Assembly (NCBI GenBank): GCA_965116475.1
Contig: OZ220691.1
Coordinates: 1,344,001-1,408,000, forward strand
Reading direction: 5' to 3'
DNA from: Gemmatimonadota bacterium
Lineage (GTDB): Bacteria > Gemmatimonadota > Gemmatimonadetes > Palauibacterales > Palauibacteraceae
DNA: 64,000 bases
Part shown: positions 37,485 to 46,390 of the stretch, in pieces
Numbering within the stretch: the stretch's first letter is position 1
Layout of the letters: every line of letters starts with the position of its first letter
The notes under the pieces: generated by a model
The model's database searches: none
Told to the model about the DNA's origin: nothing
The model's input: only the letters and a program-made list of their open reading frames with translations
Program-made: the position numbers and the translations under genes

Positions 37485-39111
37485 CACTCGCTTGCGTTTG
37501 CCGCCGGGAGAGGTCGCGAAGCGCGGTGCGGTCGACCTTACCCAGGTGCGTCCTGGGCAGGTCCTCCGCGACGTGAACGGCGGCGGGCGTCTTGTACGAG
37601 GACAGCCGCGAAGCGACGAATTCCCTCAGTTCCGGTGCAAGCTCGCCGGCTCGCGCGACGGCCGGTTCGGTCGGGACGACCCAGGCGACCGGCTCTACGA
37701 GACCTTCGGGCGTCGGCACCCCGACGACGGCGGCCTCCGCCACCGCGGCGTGCCGAAGCAGGCAGTCCTCCACCTCGCCGGGCGACAGCCATTTCCCCTT
37801 GACCTTGAGCATGTCGTCGCCGCGCCCGCAGTAGCGGAAGACGCCCCGTTCGTCGCGAACGACCATGTCGCCGGATACGTACCATTCGCCCTGGAACGCC
37901 TCCGCCGTCGCTGTCGCCCGCTGCCAGTACCCCAGCGCCCGCGACCCCCCGCGGACCCGGAGCCAGCCCACTTCACCGTCCGGAAGCTCTCGACCCTCGT
38001 CGTCGCAGACCCGCACCTCGAACCCCGGCACCGCGCGCCCCAGCGTTCCCGGATGCACCTCGTCGGGGCGGTTGCTCAGAAAGATGTGCCACATCTCCGC
38101 CGTCCCGAGGCCGTCCAGCAGCGTCACCCCCCAGCGGTCGCGCCAGCGCCGGTGAAGTTCGGGCGGGAGCGCCTCACCCGCCGAGGTCGCCAGGCGAAGG
38201 CTCGAGAGGTCGCTCGCACCGGCGTCCGGGTGCGCCACCATGTGGCGGATCATGGTGGGGACGTTGACGAGCACCGTGGGGCGGAAGCGCGCGATCATCC
38301 CGAACAGGACATCCGGACTGCAGCGCTCCGGGAAGAGGGCCGCGGTCGCGCCGACCGAGAAGGGGAAGAAGAGGTTGGATCCGGTGGCGTAGCCGAAGAA
38401 CAGCTTGGGGACCGAGAGCGTGACGTCGTCCTCCGTCAGGCCCAGCACCCGCTTGCCGTAACATTCCGTCGTGTTGGCGAACGAGGCGTGCGTCTGCACG
38501 ACGCCTTTCGGGCGGCCGGTCGTCCCGCCGCTGAACAGCCACAGGGCGGGGTCGTCCCGGTGAGTCGGATACGGTTGCAGCGTCGCGGGCTGGGCGCGCA
38601 GCCGCTCCGCGAAGGCGGGGTCGTCCACGACGAAGGTCTTGCGCGGCGCGGAAGTACCTTCGCGCCATGGGATTCCGGCTTCATGAACCGTTCCGGATGT
38701 CGGCGCCGCGGGCATCGCCTCGCGAAAGAAGGGCGCACGGCGGGAGTCCACGAGAAGGACGGCGCCGCGCGTGTAACGGAAGAAGTACGATATCTCGTCG
38801 CGCCGGAGATACGGGTTCAGCATGACGCCGACGGCGCCGATGCGGAGCGTGCCGAAGAGGGCGGCGACGAAGTCCGGTCCATCCGGGAGCGCGATGAGGA
38901 CCCGCTCCTCCGGTCGCACGCCCGCGCCGCGCAGGAGATGGCCGTAGCGGTTCGCCAGCGCCTCGACCTCCGCGTAGGTCTTCTCGCCGGCGGCCGTGAG
39001 GAGCGCGCGCCGGCCACCCCGCCCTTCCCGGATGCGGTCGCCCAGGAAGTACTCGGCAATGTTGAAGCGCTCGGGCGGATCGAAGATCGGCTGGGGCGTG
39101 GCGTCTCGCAT
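37465..39111 (-). CDS. Benzoate/2-aminobenzoate-CoA ligase family protein
   Basis: LFSGGTTGRPKG, PKLFFGYATG, SAGEALP, DGLGTAEMWHIFLSN, GRGDDMLKV, LPRTHLGK; divergent from the abm-like operon. Confidence 0.9.
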   Translation of the reverse strand: MRDATPQPIFDPPERFNIAEYFLGDRIREGRGGRRALLTAAGEKTYAEVEALANRYGHLLRGAGVRPEERVLIALPDGPDFVAALFGTLRIGAVGVMLNPYLRRDEISYFFRYTRGAVLLVDSRRAPFFREAMPAAPTSGTVHEAGIPWREGTSAPRKTFVVDDPAFAERLRAQPATLQPYPTHRDDPALWLFSGGTTGRPKGVVQTHASFANTTECYGKRVLGLTEDDVTLSVPKLFFGYATGSNLFFPFSVGATAALFPERCSPDVLFGMIARFRPTVLVNVPTMIRHMVAHPDAGASDLSSLRLATSAGEALPPELHRRWRDRWGVTLLDGLGTAEMWHIFLSNRPDEVHPGTLGRAVPGFEVRVCDDEGRELPDGEVGWLRVRGGSRALGYWQRATATAEAFQGEWYVSGDMVVRDERGVFRYCGRGDDMLKVKGKWLSPGEVEDCLLRHAAVAEAAVVGVPTPEGLVEPVAWVVPTEPAVARAGELAPELREFVASRLSSYKTPAAVHVAEDLPRTHLGKVDRTALRDLSRRQTQASASRDAP

Positions 39112-39273
39112 CGGGCTCCATCGGGCTCCATCGGCGCGGCCGTCCGGTCCGTCCGCGGTCCGCCGCGGTGTCTCGAAGAACCGGCCTCGCACGGTATGCG
39201 CGGCCCGGCGCGTCTACAACCGACCCGGCCCGCCGGACTTGCGCCCTTCCCCGGCACGGCGTAGCGAGACTCC

Positions 39274-40038
39274 ATGACTCTGCACAGGCTTTCGGACCTC
39301 ACCTGGGAGGAGGTCGGGGCGCTCGACCTCGATCGAACGGTGGCGATCCTGCCCGTGGGAGCGACCGAAGCGCACGGCCCCCACCTGCCTCTCGACACCG
39401 ATGTCACCATCGCGGAAGCGATGGCGGAAGCCGGCGCGCGACGACTCTCGGCGCTCGGTCTGGAGGTCGTGGTCCTCGACGGCCTCCGGTACACGCCCGC
39501 CGCGTTCTCCGCGAGCTTCCCCGGCACGATCGATATCGGGGCCGCGACGCTCACCGCCCTGCTCGTCGACATCGCCGCCAGCCTGCGCCGGGCCGGGATC
39601 GCGACCCTGGCGATCGCGAACGCGCACTTCGACCCCGCCAACCTCGAGGCCCTTCACGCCGCCGCCACGGCGGCCGGCGGAGGTGACTCCATGCGCATCG
39701 TGTTTCCCGATGTCACGCGGCGGCCGTGGGGAAGCCGGCTCACCGAGGAGTTCCGGAGCGGCGCCTGCCATGCCGGGCGGTACGAGGGTTCGATCATCCT
39801 GGCCCGTGATCCCGGACGCGTGCGCGAGGAGATCATGCGCCAACTGGAGGACAATCCGGTCTCGCTCTCCGCCGCGATCCGGGCTGGAGTGGAAGACTTC
39901 GCGGAAGCGGGGGGCACGCAGGCCTATTTCGGCTACCCGTCGCAGGCGACGGCGGAAGAGGGACGTGCTACCATTGAGACGCTCGGCGACATCCTCGCCG
40001 CGGCGGTGAGCGAAGCCCTGGGAGAGGAGAAAGAGTGA
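39274..40038 (+). CDS. Creatininase-family amidohydrolase
   Basis: TWEEV, LPVGATEAHGPHLPLDTD, FPGTI, NAH, HAGRYEGS, GYP..ATAEEG. Confidence 0.9.
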   Translation: MTLHRLSDLTWEEVGALDLDRTVAILPVGATEAHGPHLPLDTDVTIAEAMAEAGARRLSALGLEVVVLDGLRYTPAAFSASFPGTIDIGAATLTALLVDIAASLRRAGIATLAIANAHFDPANLEALHAAATAAGGGDSMRIVFPDVTRRPWGSRLTEEFRSGACHAGRYEGSIILARDPGRVREEIMRQLEDNPVSLSAAIRAGVEDFAEAGGTQAYFGYPSQATAEEGRATIETLGDILAAAVSEALGEEKE

Positions 40039-40817
40039 GTCTTGCCGGACGTGGCGCGCTCGTCACGGGCGGGGGGCGCGGCATCGGAGCCGCCGCGGCG
40101 CGGACGCTGGCCGTCCGGGGCGTCCGGCTGGTCCTGGCGGCGCGGAGCACGCCGGAGATCGAGGCCATCGCGGCCGAGCTGCGGGGCCGGGGGGGCGAGG
40201 CGTGGCCGGTGACGTGTGACGTGTCGGACCCGGCGAGTGTGGAGGCTCTATGCCGCGAGGCCGGGAGTCGGCTCGGCACCGTGGACATCCTCGTGAACAA
40301 TGCCGGCGTGGCCAGTTCGGCCCCGGTCGCGAAGCTCGCGCTCGAGGAGTGGGAACGGCTGTGGCGCATCAACGCGACCGGCTCGCTCCTCGCGATGCAG
40401 GGCGTGATGCCGGCCATGGTGGAACGCGGCTGGGGCCGGATCGTGAACGTCGCCTCCGTCGCCGCGCTGCGGGGAGGGCGCTACATGGCGGGCTACGCCG
40501 CGTCGAAGCATGCCCTGCTCGGGCTCACGCGCTCCGCCGCGGCCGAAGTGGCCGGCGCCGGGGTCACGGTGAACGCGGTCTGTCCCGGCTACGTCGACAC
40601 CCCGATGACGGATGCCACGATCGAGAACATCGTGAAGCGAACGGACATGGAGGAGACCGACGCCCTCGACGCGATTCTTGCGACGACACCGCAGCGGCGG
40701 CTCATCGCCCCCGGGGAGGTCGCGGCGTCGATCGCGTTCCTGTGCGAAGATGACGCGCGGAGCATCAACGGCCAGACCGTCGTGCTGGACGGCGGCGCCA
40801 CGGCGGCGCTCCCGTGA
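40035..40817 (+). CDS. SDR oxidoreductase (3-hydroxyacyl-CoA dehydrogenase-like)
   Basis: TGGGRGIG, NNAG, YAASK, NAVCPGYVDT. Confidence 0.93.
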   Translation: MSLAGRGALVTGGGRGIGAAAARTLAVRGVRLVLAARSTPEIEAIAAELRGRGGEAWPVTCDVSDPASVEALCREAGSRLGTVDILVNNAGVASSAPVAKLALEEWERLWRINATGSLLAMQGVMPAMVERGWGRIVNVASVAALRGGRYMAGYAASKHALLGLTRSAAAEVAGAGVTVNAVCPGYVDTPMTDATIENIVKRTDMEETDALDAILATTPQRRLIAPGEVAASIAFLCEDDARSINGQTVVLDGGATAALP

Positions 40818-41221
40818 CCGACGCGTTCGAGGTGCTGAACCCGGCCGCGCTCGGCGAGCCGCGGGGCTGGAACCACGGCCTCCTCGCACCGCCCGGCGGG
40901 CGCGTGCTGTTCGTCGCCGGACAGACCGCGGCCGGATCGGACGGAGGCGTCGAGACGCCCGACTTCGCCGCCCAGTTCGCGCTCGCGCTCGATCGCGTGC
41001 TGGCGGTCGTGCGGGCGGCGGGCGGAGAGCCCTCGCACATCGGACGGATAACCATCTACGTGACGGATCTCGCCGCCTACCGGGACGCCCGTTCCGAGCT
41101 GGGGGCGGCGTGGCGCGCCCGACTGGGCCGGCACTACCCGGCCATGGCGCTCGTCGAGGTCAGCGGGCTCGTCGATGCCGGCGCGCAGGTCGAGATCGAA
41201 GCGACCGCCGTCCTGCCGTGA
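40814..41221 (+). CDS. RidA/YjgF family protein
   Basis: LFVAGQ, HYPAMALVEVSGL..VEIEATA. Confidence 0.92.
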   Translation: MTDAFEVLNPAALGEPRGWNHGLLAPPGGRVLFVAGQTAAGSDGGVETPDFAAQFALALDRVLAVVRAAGGEPSHIGRITIYVTDLAAYRDARSELGAAWRARLGRHYPAMALVEVSGLVDAGAQVEIEATAVLP

Positions 41222-41252
41222 CCCCGCATCGCCCCCTGGAAGGAAGCGCGCC

Positions 41253-42053
41253 GTGCCTCTGAACCCGAGTTCGTTTCTGTACGAGGTCGATGCCGCGACA
41301 TCCGTCGCGACGATCACGCTGAACCGTCCGGAACGGCGCAATGCGCTGACCTTCGAGGTTTACGACGAACTCCGCCACACGTTCCGCGCGCTCGACCGCG
41401 AGCCCGGGGTGCGCGCGGTCGTGATCACCGGGGCCGGCGCCGCCTTCTGCACGGGCGGAGACGTGCGCGACATCATCGGACCGCTCCTCGAGATGGACGC
41501 CGCGGAATTGCTCGAATTCACGCGCATGACGTGTGACCTGATCGCCGCCATGCGGGAGTGCGGCCGGCCCGTCGTCGGCGCCCTGAACGGCACGGTGGCG
41601 GGGGCCGGGGCCGTGATCGCGACCGCCTGCGATGTGCGGATCGCGGCGGAATCCGCGAAGATCGCCTACCTGTTCACGCGGGTCGGGCTTTCCGGCGCCG
41701 ACATGGGGATCGCCTGGCTCCTGCCGCGAATCATCGGTCTCGGACGGGCGACGGAGCTGCTGATGACGGGCGATTTTCTCGACGCACGGGAGGCGCTCCG
41801 CGTCGGACTGTACAATCGGATCGTGCCCGATGGCGAGGCGCTCGCCGCCGGGACGGAGTGGGCGGCGCGGCTGGCGGCGGGACCCTCCGCCGCGCTGGCC
41901 GTCACCAAGCGCGCCCTGGAGAAAGAGGCACACATGACGTTGCGCGACGCGCTCGACGAGGAGGCCCGCCTGCAGGCCGCCTGCATGGAGGACCCGAACT
42001 TCCGCGAGGGCTTCCGCGCCTTCGTCGAGAAGCGGGCCGCGGTGTTCTCGTGA
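41253..42053 (+). CDS. Enoyl-CoA hydratase/isomerase family protein
   Basis: ITLNRPERRNAL, AFCTGGDV, AGAG, RVGLSGADMG; GTG start. Confidence 0.92.
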   Translation: MPLNPSSFLYEVDAATSVATITLNRPERRNALTFEVYDELRHTFRALDREPGVRAVVITGAGAAFCTGGDVRDIIGPLLEMDAAELLEFTRMTCDLIAAMRECGRPVVGALNGTVAGAGAVIATACDVRIAAESAKIAYLFTRVGLSGADMGIAWLLPRIIGLGRATELLMTGDFLDAREALRVGLYNRIVPDGEALAAGTEWAARLAAGPSAALAVTKRALEKEAHMTLRDALDEEARLQAACMEDPNFREGFRAFVEKRAAVFS

Positions 42054-43210
42054 TCGACCTCCACCCCGTCCGCGCCTTTCTCGAGCCGCGGCACCTCGAA
42101 CTCGGGGAGGGGCTTGGAAACTATGCAGCGGCCGAGTTCGCCGAACACGCGCATCGGGACGATGATGATCTCGCCCGCCGCTACGCCCGGGAGATCTGCG
42201 CATCCCTGGGGCGGGGCGGCTGGCTGAAGGCGGTCGCCCGACAGGACTTCCGGGCCTGTTCCGTGACGCGCGAGACGCTGGCCTTCTACTCGCCGCTCGC
42301 CGACGCGATGTTCGCGCTCCAGGCGCTGGGCTCGACCCCGATCGCGCTGGCCGGCGACGAGAGGCAGCGGCGGCTGTGGCTCGACCGCGCCATCCGCGGG
42401 CGGGCCGTGGCCGCCTTCGCGATGAGCGAGCCGGAGGCGGGGTCCGACGTCGCCGCCATGCGCACGACCGCCGTCCGGGACGGAAACGACTACGTCCTCA
42501 ACGGCGTGAAGACCTTCATCTCGAACGCGGGGATCGCGGACTTCTATCTCCTGTTCGCGGTCACCGACCCGGGCGAGGGCGTGGCGGGGATCTCCGCCTT
42601 CCTCCTCCCGGCCGATACGAAGGGGTTCCGCTTCGTGCGGCCGCTGCTGATGGCCGACCCCCACCCGCTGGGCGAGATCGCGCTCGAGGACTGCCGGCTG
42701 CCGGCCACGGCCCGCGTCGGAGGCGAGGGCCAAGGGTACAAGCTCGGGCTCGCGACGCTCGACCGCCTGCGCCCCACCGTCGGCGCAGCGGCCTGCGGGA
42801 TGGCGGGCCGCGCGCTGCACGAGGCGCTCCACCACGCCCTGACGCGCCGGCAGTTCGGGCGGGCGCTGGCCGATTTCCAGATCACGCAGGAGAAGGTGGG
42901 ACGCATGGGCACGGACCTCACCGCCGCCCGGCTCCTCGTGTACCGGGCGGCCTGGGAGCGCGACGGCGGCGCGGACCGGACGGACCTCGAAGCCGCCATG
43001 GCAAAGTCCTTCGCAACCGAAATCGCGCAGGGCGTGGTGGACGACGCCGTGCAGATCCTCGGCGGACGGGGCGTGCTGGCGGACCACCCGGTCGACCGGC
43101 TCTACCGTTCCGTGAGGGCCCTCCGCATCTACGAGGGCGCCACCGAGATTCAGCGTCTCATCATCGCGCGTCATCTGCTCGACGCCGCGCGCGGCGAGAG
43201 CGACCTCTGA
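42050..43210 (+). CDS. Acyl-CoA dehydrogenase
   Basis: FAMSEPEAGSD, LNGVKTFISN, RRQFG, QILGG.G, RIYEGATEIQ; GTGA overlap with the upstream gene. Confidence 0.93.
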   Translation: MIDLHPVRAFLEPRHLELGEGLGNYAAAEFAEHAHRDDDDLARRYAREICASLGRGGWLKAVARQDFRACSVTRETLAFYSPLADAMFALQALGSTPIALAGDERQRRLWLDRAIRGRAVAAFAMSEPEAGSDVAAMRTTAVRDGNDYVLNGVKTFISNAGIADFYLLFAVTDPGEGVAGISAFLLPADTKGFRFVRPLLMADPHPLGEIALEDCRLPATARVGGEGQGYKLGLATLDRLRPTVGAAACGMAGRALHEALHHALTRRQFGRALADFQITQEKVGRMGTDLTAARLLVYRAAWERDGGADRTDLEAAMAKSFATEIAQGVVDDAVQILGGRGVLADHPVDRLYRSVRALRIYEGATEIQRLIIARHLLDAARGESDL

Positions 43211-45528
43211 GGATCGTCTGCGTCGGAGGCGGGCCGGCCGGCCTGTACTTCGCGATCCTGATGAAGCGCTCGGATCCGGCGCACGAAGTCATCGTCCTCG
43301 AACGCAACCGCCCCGGCGACACCTACGGCTTCGGCGTCGTGTTCTCCGACGCCACGCTGGAGGAACTCGCCGCCGCGGACCCCGAGAGTTACGAGGCGAT
43401 CGTGCGGTCCTTCCACCACTGGGACGACATCGACATCCACTACCGGGGCCACCGGCTCACGTCGACCGGACACGGTTTCAGCGGCCTCGCGCGCACGGCC
43501 CTCCTCGAGATCCTCGAGTCGCGGGCGCGCGGACTCGGCGTCGACCTGCGGTGCGGCGTGGAAGTCGAGTCGGAAGACGCCTACGCCGGCGCCGATCTCG
43601 TCCTCGCCGCCGATGGCGTGAACAGCGGCCTGCGGGACCGATACGCCGCCGCGTTCGGCCCGCGCGTCGATCTTCGTCCGAACCGCTTCGTGTGGCTCGG
43701 CACGACCAAGCCCTTCCCCGCCTTCACGTTTTATTTTTGGGAGACCGAACACGGCCTGTGGCGCGTGCACGCGTATCAGTACAGGCCCGGCGACGGGCGC
43801 GGCGGCAGGCCCGGCGTCAGGCGCGGCGGCAGGCCCGGCGGCGCAGGGGGGGACGCCATCTCCACCTTCATCGTCGAGGCCACCGAGGCGACGTGGCGCG
43901 CCGCCGGCATGGACGCCGCCTCCGAGGAGGAGACCGTCGCCTTCCTCGAGGATACGTTCCGCGACGAACTGGGCTCCCATCGACTCGTCGCGAACCGCTC
44001 CATCTGGCGTGGCTTCCCGACCGTCCGGAACCGGTCGTGGCGCCACGGCAACATCGTGCTCGTCGGCGACGCGGCGCACTCGGCCCACTTCTCCATCGGG
44101 TCGGGCACCCGGCTCGCGATGATCGACGCGATCTCGCTGCACGAATCGCTCCTCGCCCACGATCTCGCGGTGGCGCCCGCCTTGGAGGCCTACGAGACGG
44201 CCCGCCGGCCCGAGGTCGAGAGCGTGCAGAGGGCGGCCCAGGCGAGCCTCGAATGGTTCGAGGGCACCGAGCGTTTCCTGGAGACGGAACCCCTGCAGTT
44301 CGCCTTCAACCTCATCACGCGCAGCCTCCGCATCACGCACTCCAACCTCGCCCTGCGCGACCCCGGGTTTACCGCGCGCGTCGACCGCTGGTTCGCGGAA
44401 CGGGCCGCAGTGGGCGCCGTCGCGGGCGGCCCGGCACCGCCTCCACTCCTCGCCCCGTTCCGGCTCCGGGAACTCGAGTTGAAGAACCGGGTCGTCGTCT
44501 CGGCCATGTGCCAGTACTCCGCGGAGGACGGGACGCCGGACGACTGGCACCTGGTGAACCTCGGCAGCCGCGCGATCGGGGGGGCCGGCCTCGTGATGTC
44601 GGAGATGACGGACGTGAGCCGGGAGGGCCGTATCTCACTGGGCTGCACCGGAATGTACGCTCCCGCCCACGTCGGGGCCTGGAAGCGCATCGTCGATTTC
44701 GTGCACCGCCATTCCGACGCGGCGATCGGCGTGCAGCTCGGGCACGCGGGCCGGAAGGCTTCCACCCATCTCTCCTGGGAGGGCGACAACGAACCGCTGG
44801 AGGAGGGCGGCTGGCCGATCATGGCCGCTTCCCCCGTGCCGTGGTTCGAACACAGCCCGGTGCCGCGCGAGATGACGCGGCGGGACATGGATCGGGTGAC
44901 GGCCGAGTTCCGCCGCGCGGCGGAAATGTCGGAGGAAGCCGGGTTCGACCTGCTGGAGATCCACTTCGCGCACGGCTACCTGCTGGCCAGCTTCATCTCG
45001 CCCCTCACGAACCTCCGCGAGGATGAGTACGGGGGAGACGTGGACGGACGGCTGCGCTTCCCGCTCGAGGTGCTCGCGGCGGTGCGATCGGCGTGGCCGC
45101 CGGAAAAGCCGATTTCAGTCCGGATCTCCGCGGTGGACTGGGCGGAGGGCGGGATGACCGCGGACGGCGCCGTCGAGATTGCGCACCGCCTGAAGGAGGC
45201 GGGCGTGGACATCATCGACGTCTCGGCGGGGCAGACCGTCCCCTGGCAGGAGCCGGTCTACGGCCGCCAGTACCAGACGCCCTTCTCGGACCGCATCCGG
45301 CACGAGGCGGGGATCGCCACCATGGCCGTGGGCAACATTTCCTCCTTCATGGACGTGAACACGATCCTCGCGGCGGGGCGCGCGGACCTCTGCTGTCTCG
45401 CCCGCGCGCACCTCTGGGACCCATACTGGACCCGGCACGCCGCCTACGCTTCGGGGGCGCCGATCCCCTGGCCGCCGCAGTATTCGTCGCTGGACGGCTA
45501 CACGCCGAGATTCGAGTGGGGGTACTGA
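43207..45528 (+). CDS. abmA: Anthraniloyl-CoA monooxygenase/reductase (bifunctional flavin monooxygenase + OYE domain)
   Basis: RIVCVGGGPAGLYF, FGVVFSD, ADGVNS, GDAAHSAHFSIGSGT; OYE domain NRVVVSAMCQYS, QLGHAGRK, HFAHGYL. Apparent CTG start. Confidence 0.92.
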   Translation: MRIVCVGGGPAGLYFAILMKRSDPAHEVIVLERNRPGDTYGFGVVFSDATLEELAAADPESYEAIVRSFHHWDDIDIHYRGHRLTSTGHGFSGLARTALLEILESRARGLGVDLRCGVEVESEDAYAGADLVLAADGVNSGLRDRYAAAFGPRVDLRPNRFVWLGTTKPFPAFTFYFWETEHGLWRVHAYQYRPGDGRGGRPGVRRGGRPGGAGGDAISTFIVEATEATWRAAGMDAASEEETVAFLEDTFRDELGSHRLVANRSIWRGFPTVRNRSWRHGNIVLVGDAAHSAHFSIGSGTRLAMIDAISLHESLLAHDLAVAPALEAYETARRPEVESVQRAAQASLEWFEGTERFLETEPLQFAFNLITRSLRITHSNLALRDPGFTARVDRWFAERAAVGAVAGGPAPPPLLAPFRLRELELKNRVVVSAMCQYSAEDGTPDDWHLVNLGSRAIGGAGLVMSEMTDVSREGRISLGCTGMYAPAHVGAWKRIVDFVHRHSDAAIGVQLGHAGRKASTHLSWEGDNEPLEEGGWPIMAASPVPWFEHSPVPREMTRRDMDRVTAEFRRAAEMSEEAGFDLLEIHFAHGYLLASFISPLTNLREDEYGGDVDGRLRFPLEVLAAVRSAWPPEKPISVRISAVDWAEGGMTADGAVEIAHRLKEAGVDIIDVSAGQTVPWQEPVYGRQYQTPFSDRIRHEAGIATMAVGNISSFMDVNTILAAGRADLCCLARAHLWDPYWTRHAAYASGAPIPWPPQYSSLDGYTPRFEWGY

Positions 45529-45586
45529 GGACGCGGGCGTACTGCGGACGCGGGCGTACCGAGGACGGGCCGCCGGAAGGAGCTTC

Positions 45587-46390
45587 ATGGCGCACGGAAA
45601 ATACCTGACCTACGCCGGATACCTGCACCTCGACGAGTTGCTGTCGCTCCAGGTGGAGCAGTCGGGCGAGGGCGGCGACCCCGAGCACGATGAGATGCTG
45701 TTCATCATCATCCACCAGGTGTACGAGCTGTGGTTCAAGCAGCTCCTGCACGAACTCGCATTCGCGCGCGACCGGATGGGGGCGGACGACATGCCGCGGC
45801 TCCTGCACACGATGGAACGCATCCTCGCGATCCTGAAGGTGCAGGTCGCGCAGCTGGACATCCTGGAGACGATGCGTCCGCTGGAGTTCCTCGCCTTCCG
45901 CCAGCGGCTGGAGGAGGCGAGCGGCCTGCAGTCGTACCAGTTCCGCGAGCTCGAGTTCATTCTCGGCCACAAGCGGAGGGACGTATTCGACCGCTACCCG
46001 GAGGGAAGCGACGCGCGCCGGCGGCTCGACGCCCGCTACGGGGAACCGTCGCTGTGGGCCGCCTTCCTTCGGTTTCTGCACGCGCGCGGGTACGCGATCC
46101 CGGCGGAGGACCTGGAGCGGGACGTCACGGCGCCGACCGAGCCCTCGGCGGGCGTGCGGGCCGCCCTCATCCGGCTCTACCGGGAGGATCCGCAACTCGT
46201 CCAGCTGTGCGAGCGGTTGGTGGACCTCGACGAGGGACTCCAGGAATGGCGCTACCGGCACGTGAAGATGGTGGAGCGCACGATCGGGGCGCGGCCCGGC
46301 ACCGGCCAGACGGGGGGCGCCGCCTACCTGAGGAAGTCGCTGAACCACCCGGTGTTTCCCGACCTGTGGGCGATCCGCACCGACCTGTGA
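45587..46390 (+). CDS. kynA: Tryptophan 2,3-dioxygenase
   Basis: YLHLDELLSLQ, HDEMLFIIIHQVYELWFK, ASGLQSYQFRELEF, WRYRH..VERTIG..GTG.TGG..YL, FPDLW. Confidence 0.96.
   Translation: MAHGKYLTYAGYLHLDELLSLQVEQSGEGGDPEHDEMLFIIIHQVYELWFKQLLHELAFARDRMGADDMPRLLHTMERILAILKVQVAQLDILETMRPLEFLAFRQRLEEASGLQSYQFRELEFILGHKRRDVFDRYPEGSDARRRLDARYGEPSLWAAFLRFLHARGYAIPAEDLERDVTAPTEPSAGVRAALIRLYREDPQLVQLCERLVDLDEGLQEWRYRHVKMVERTIGARPGTGQTGGAAYLRKSLNHPVFPDLWAIRTDL

Noticed and set aside
39274..40038. Mycofactocin/RiPP peptidase MftE
   Set aside because: No precursor peptide or RiPP radical SAM gene nearby; the context is aromatic catabolism.
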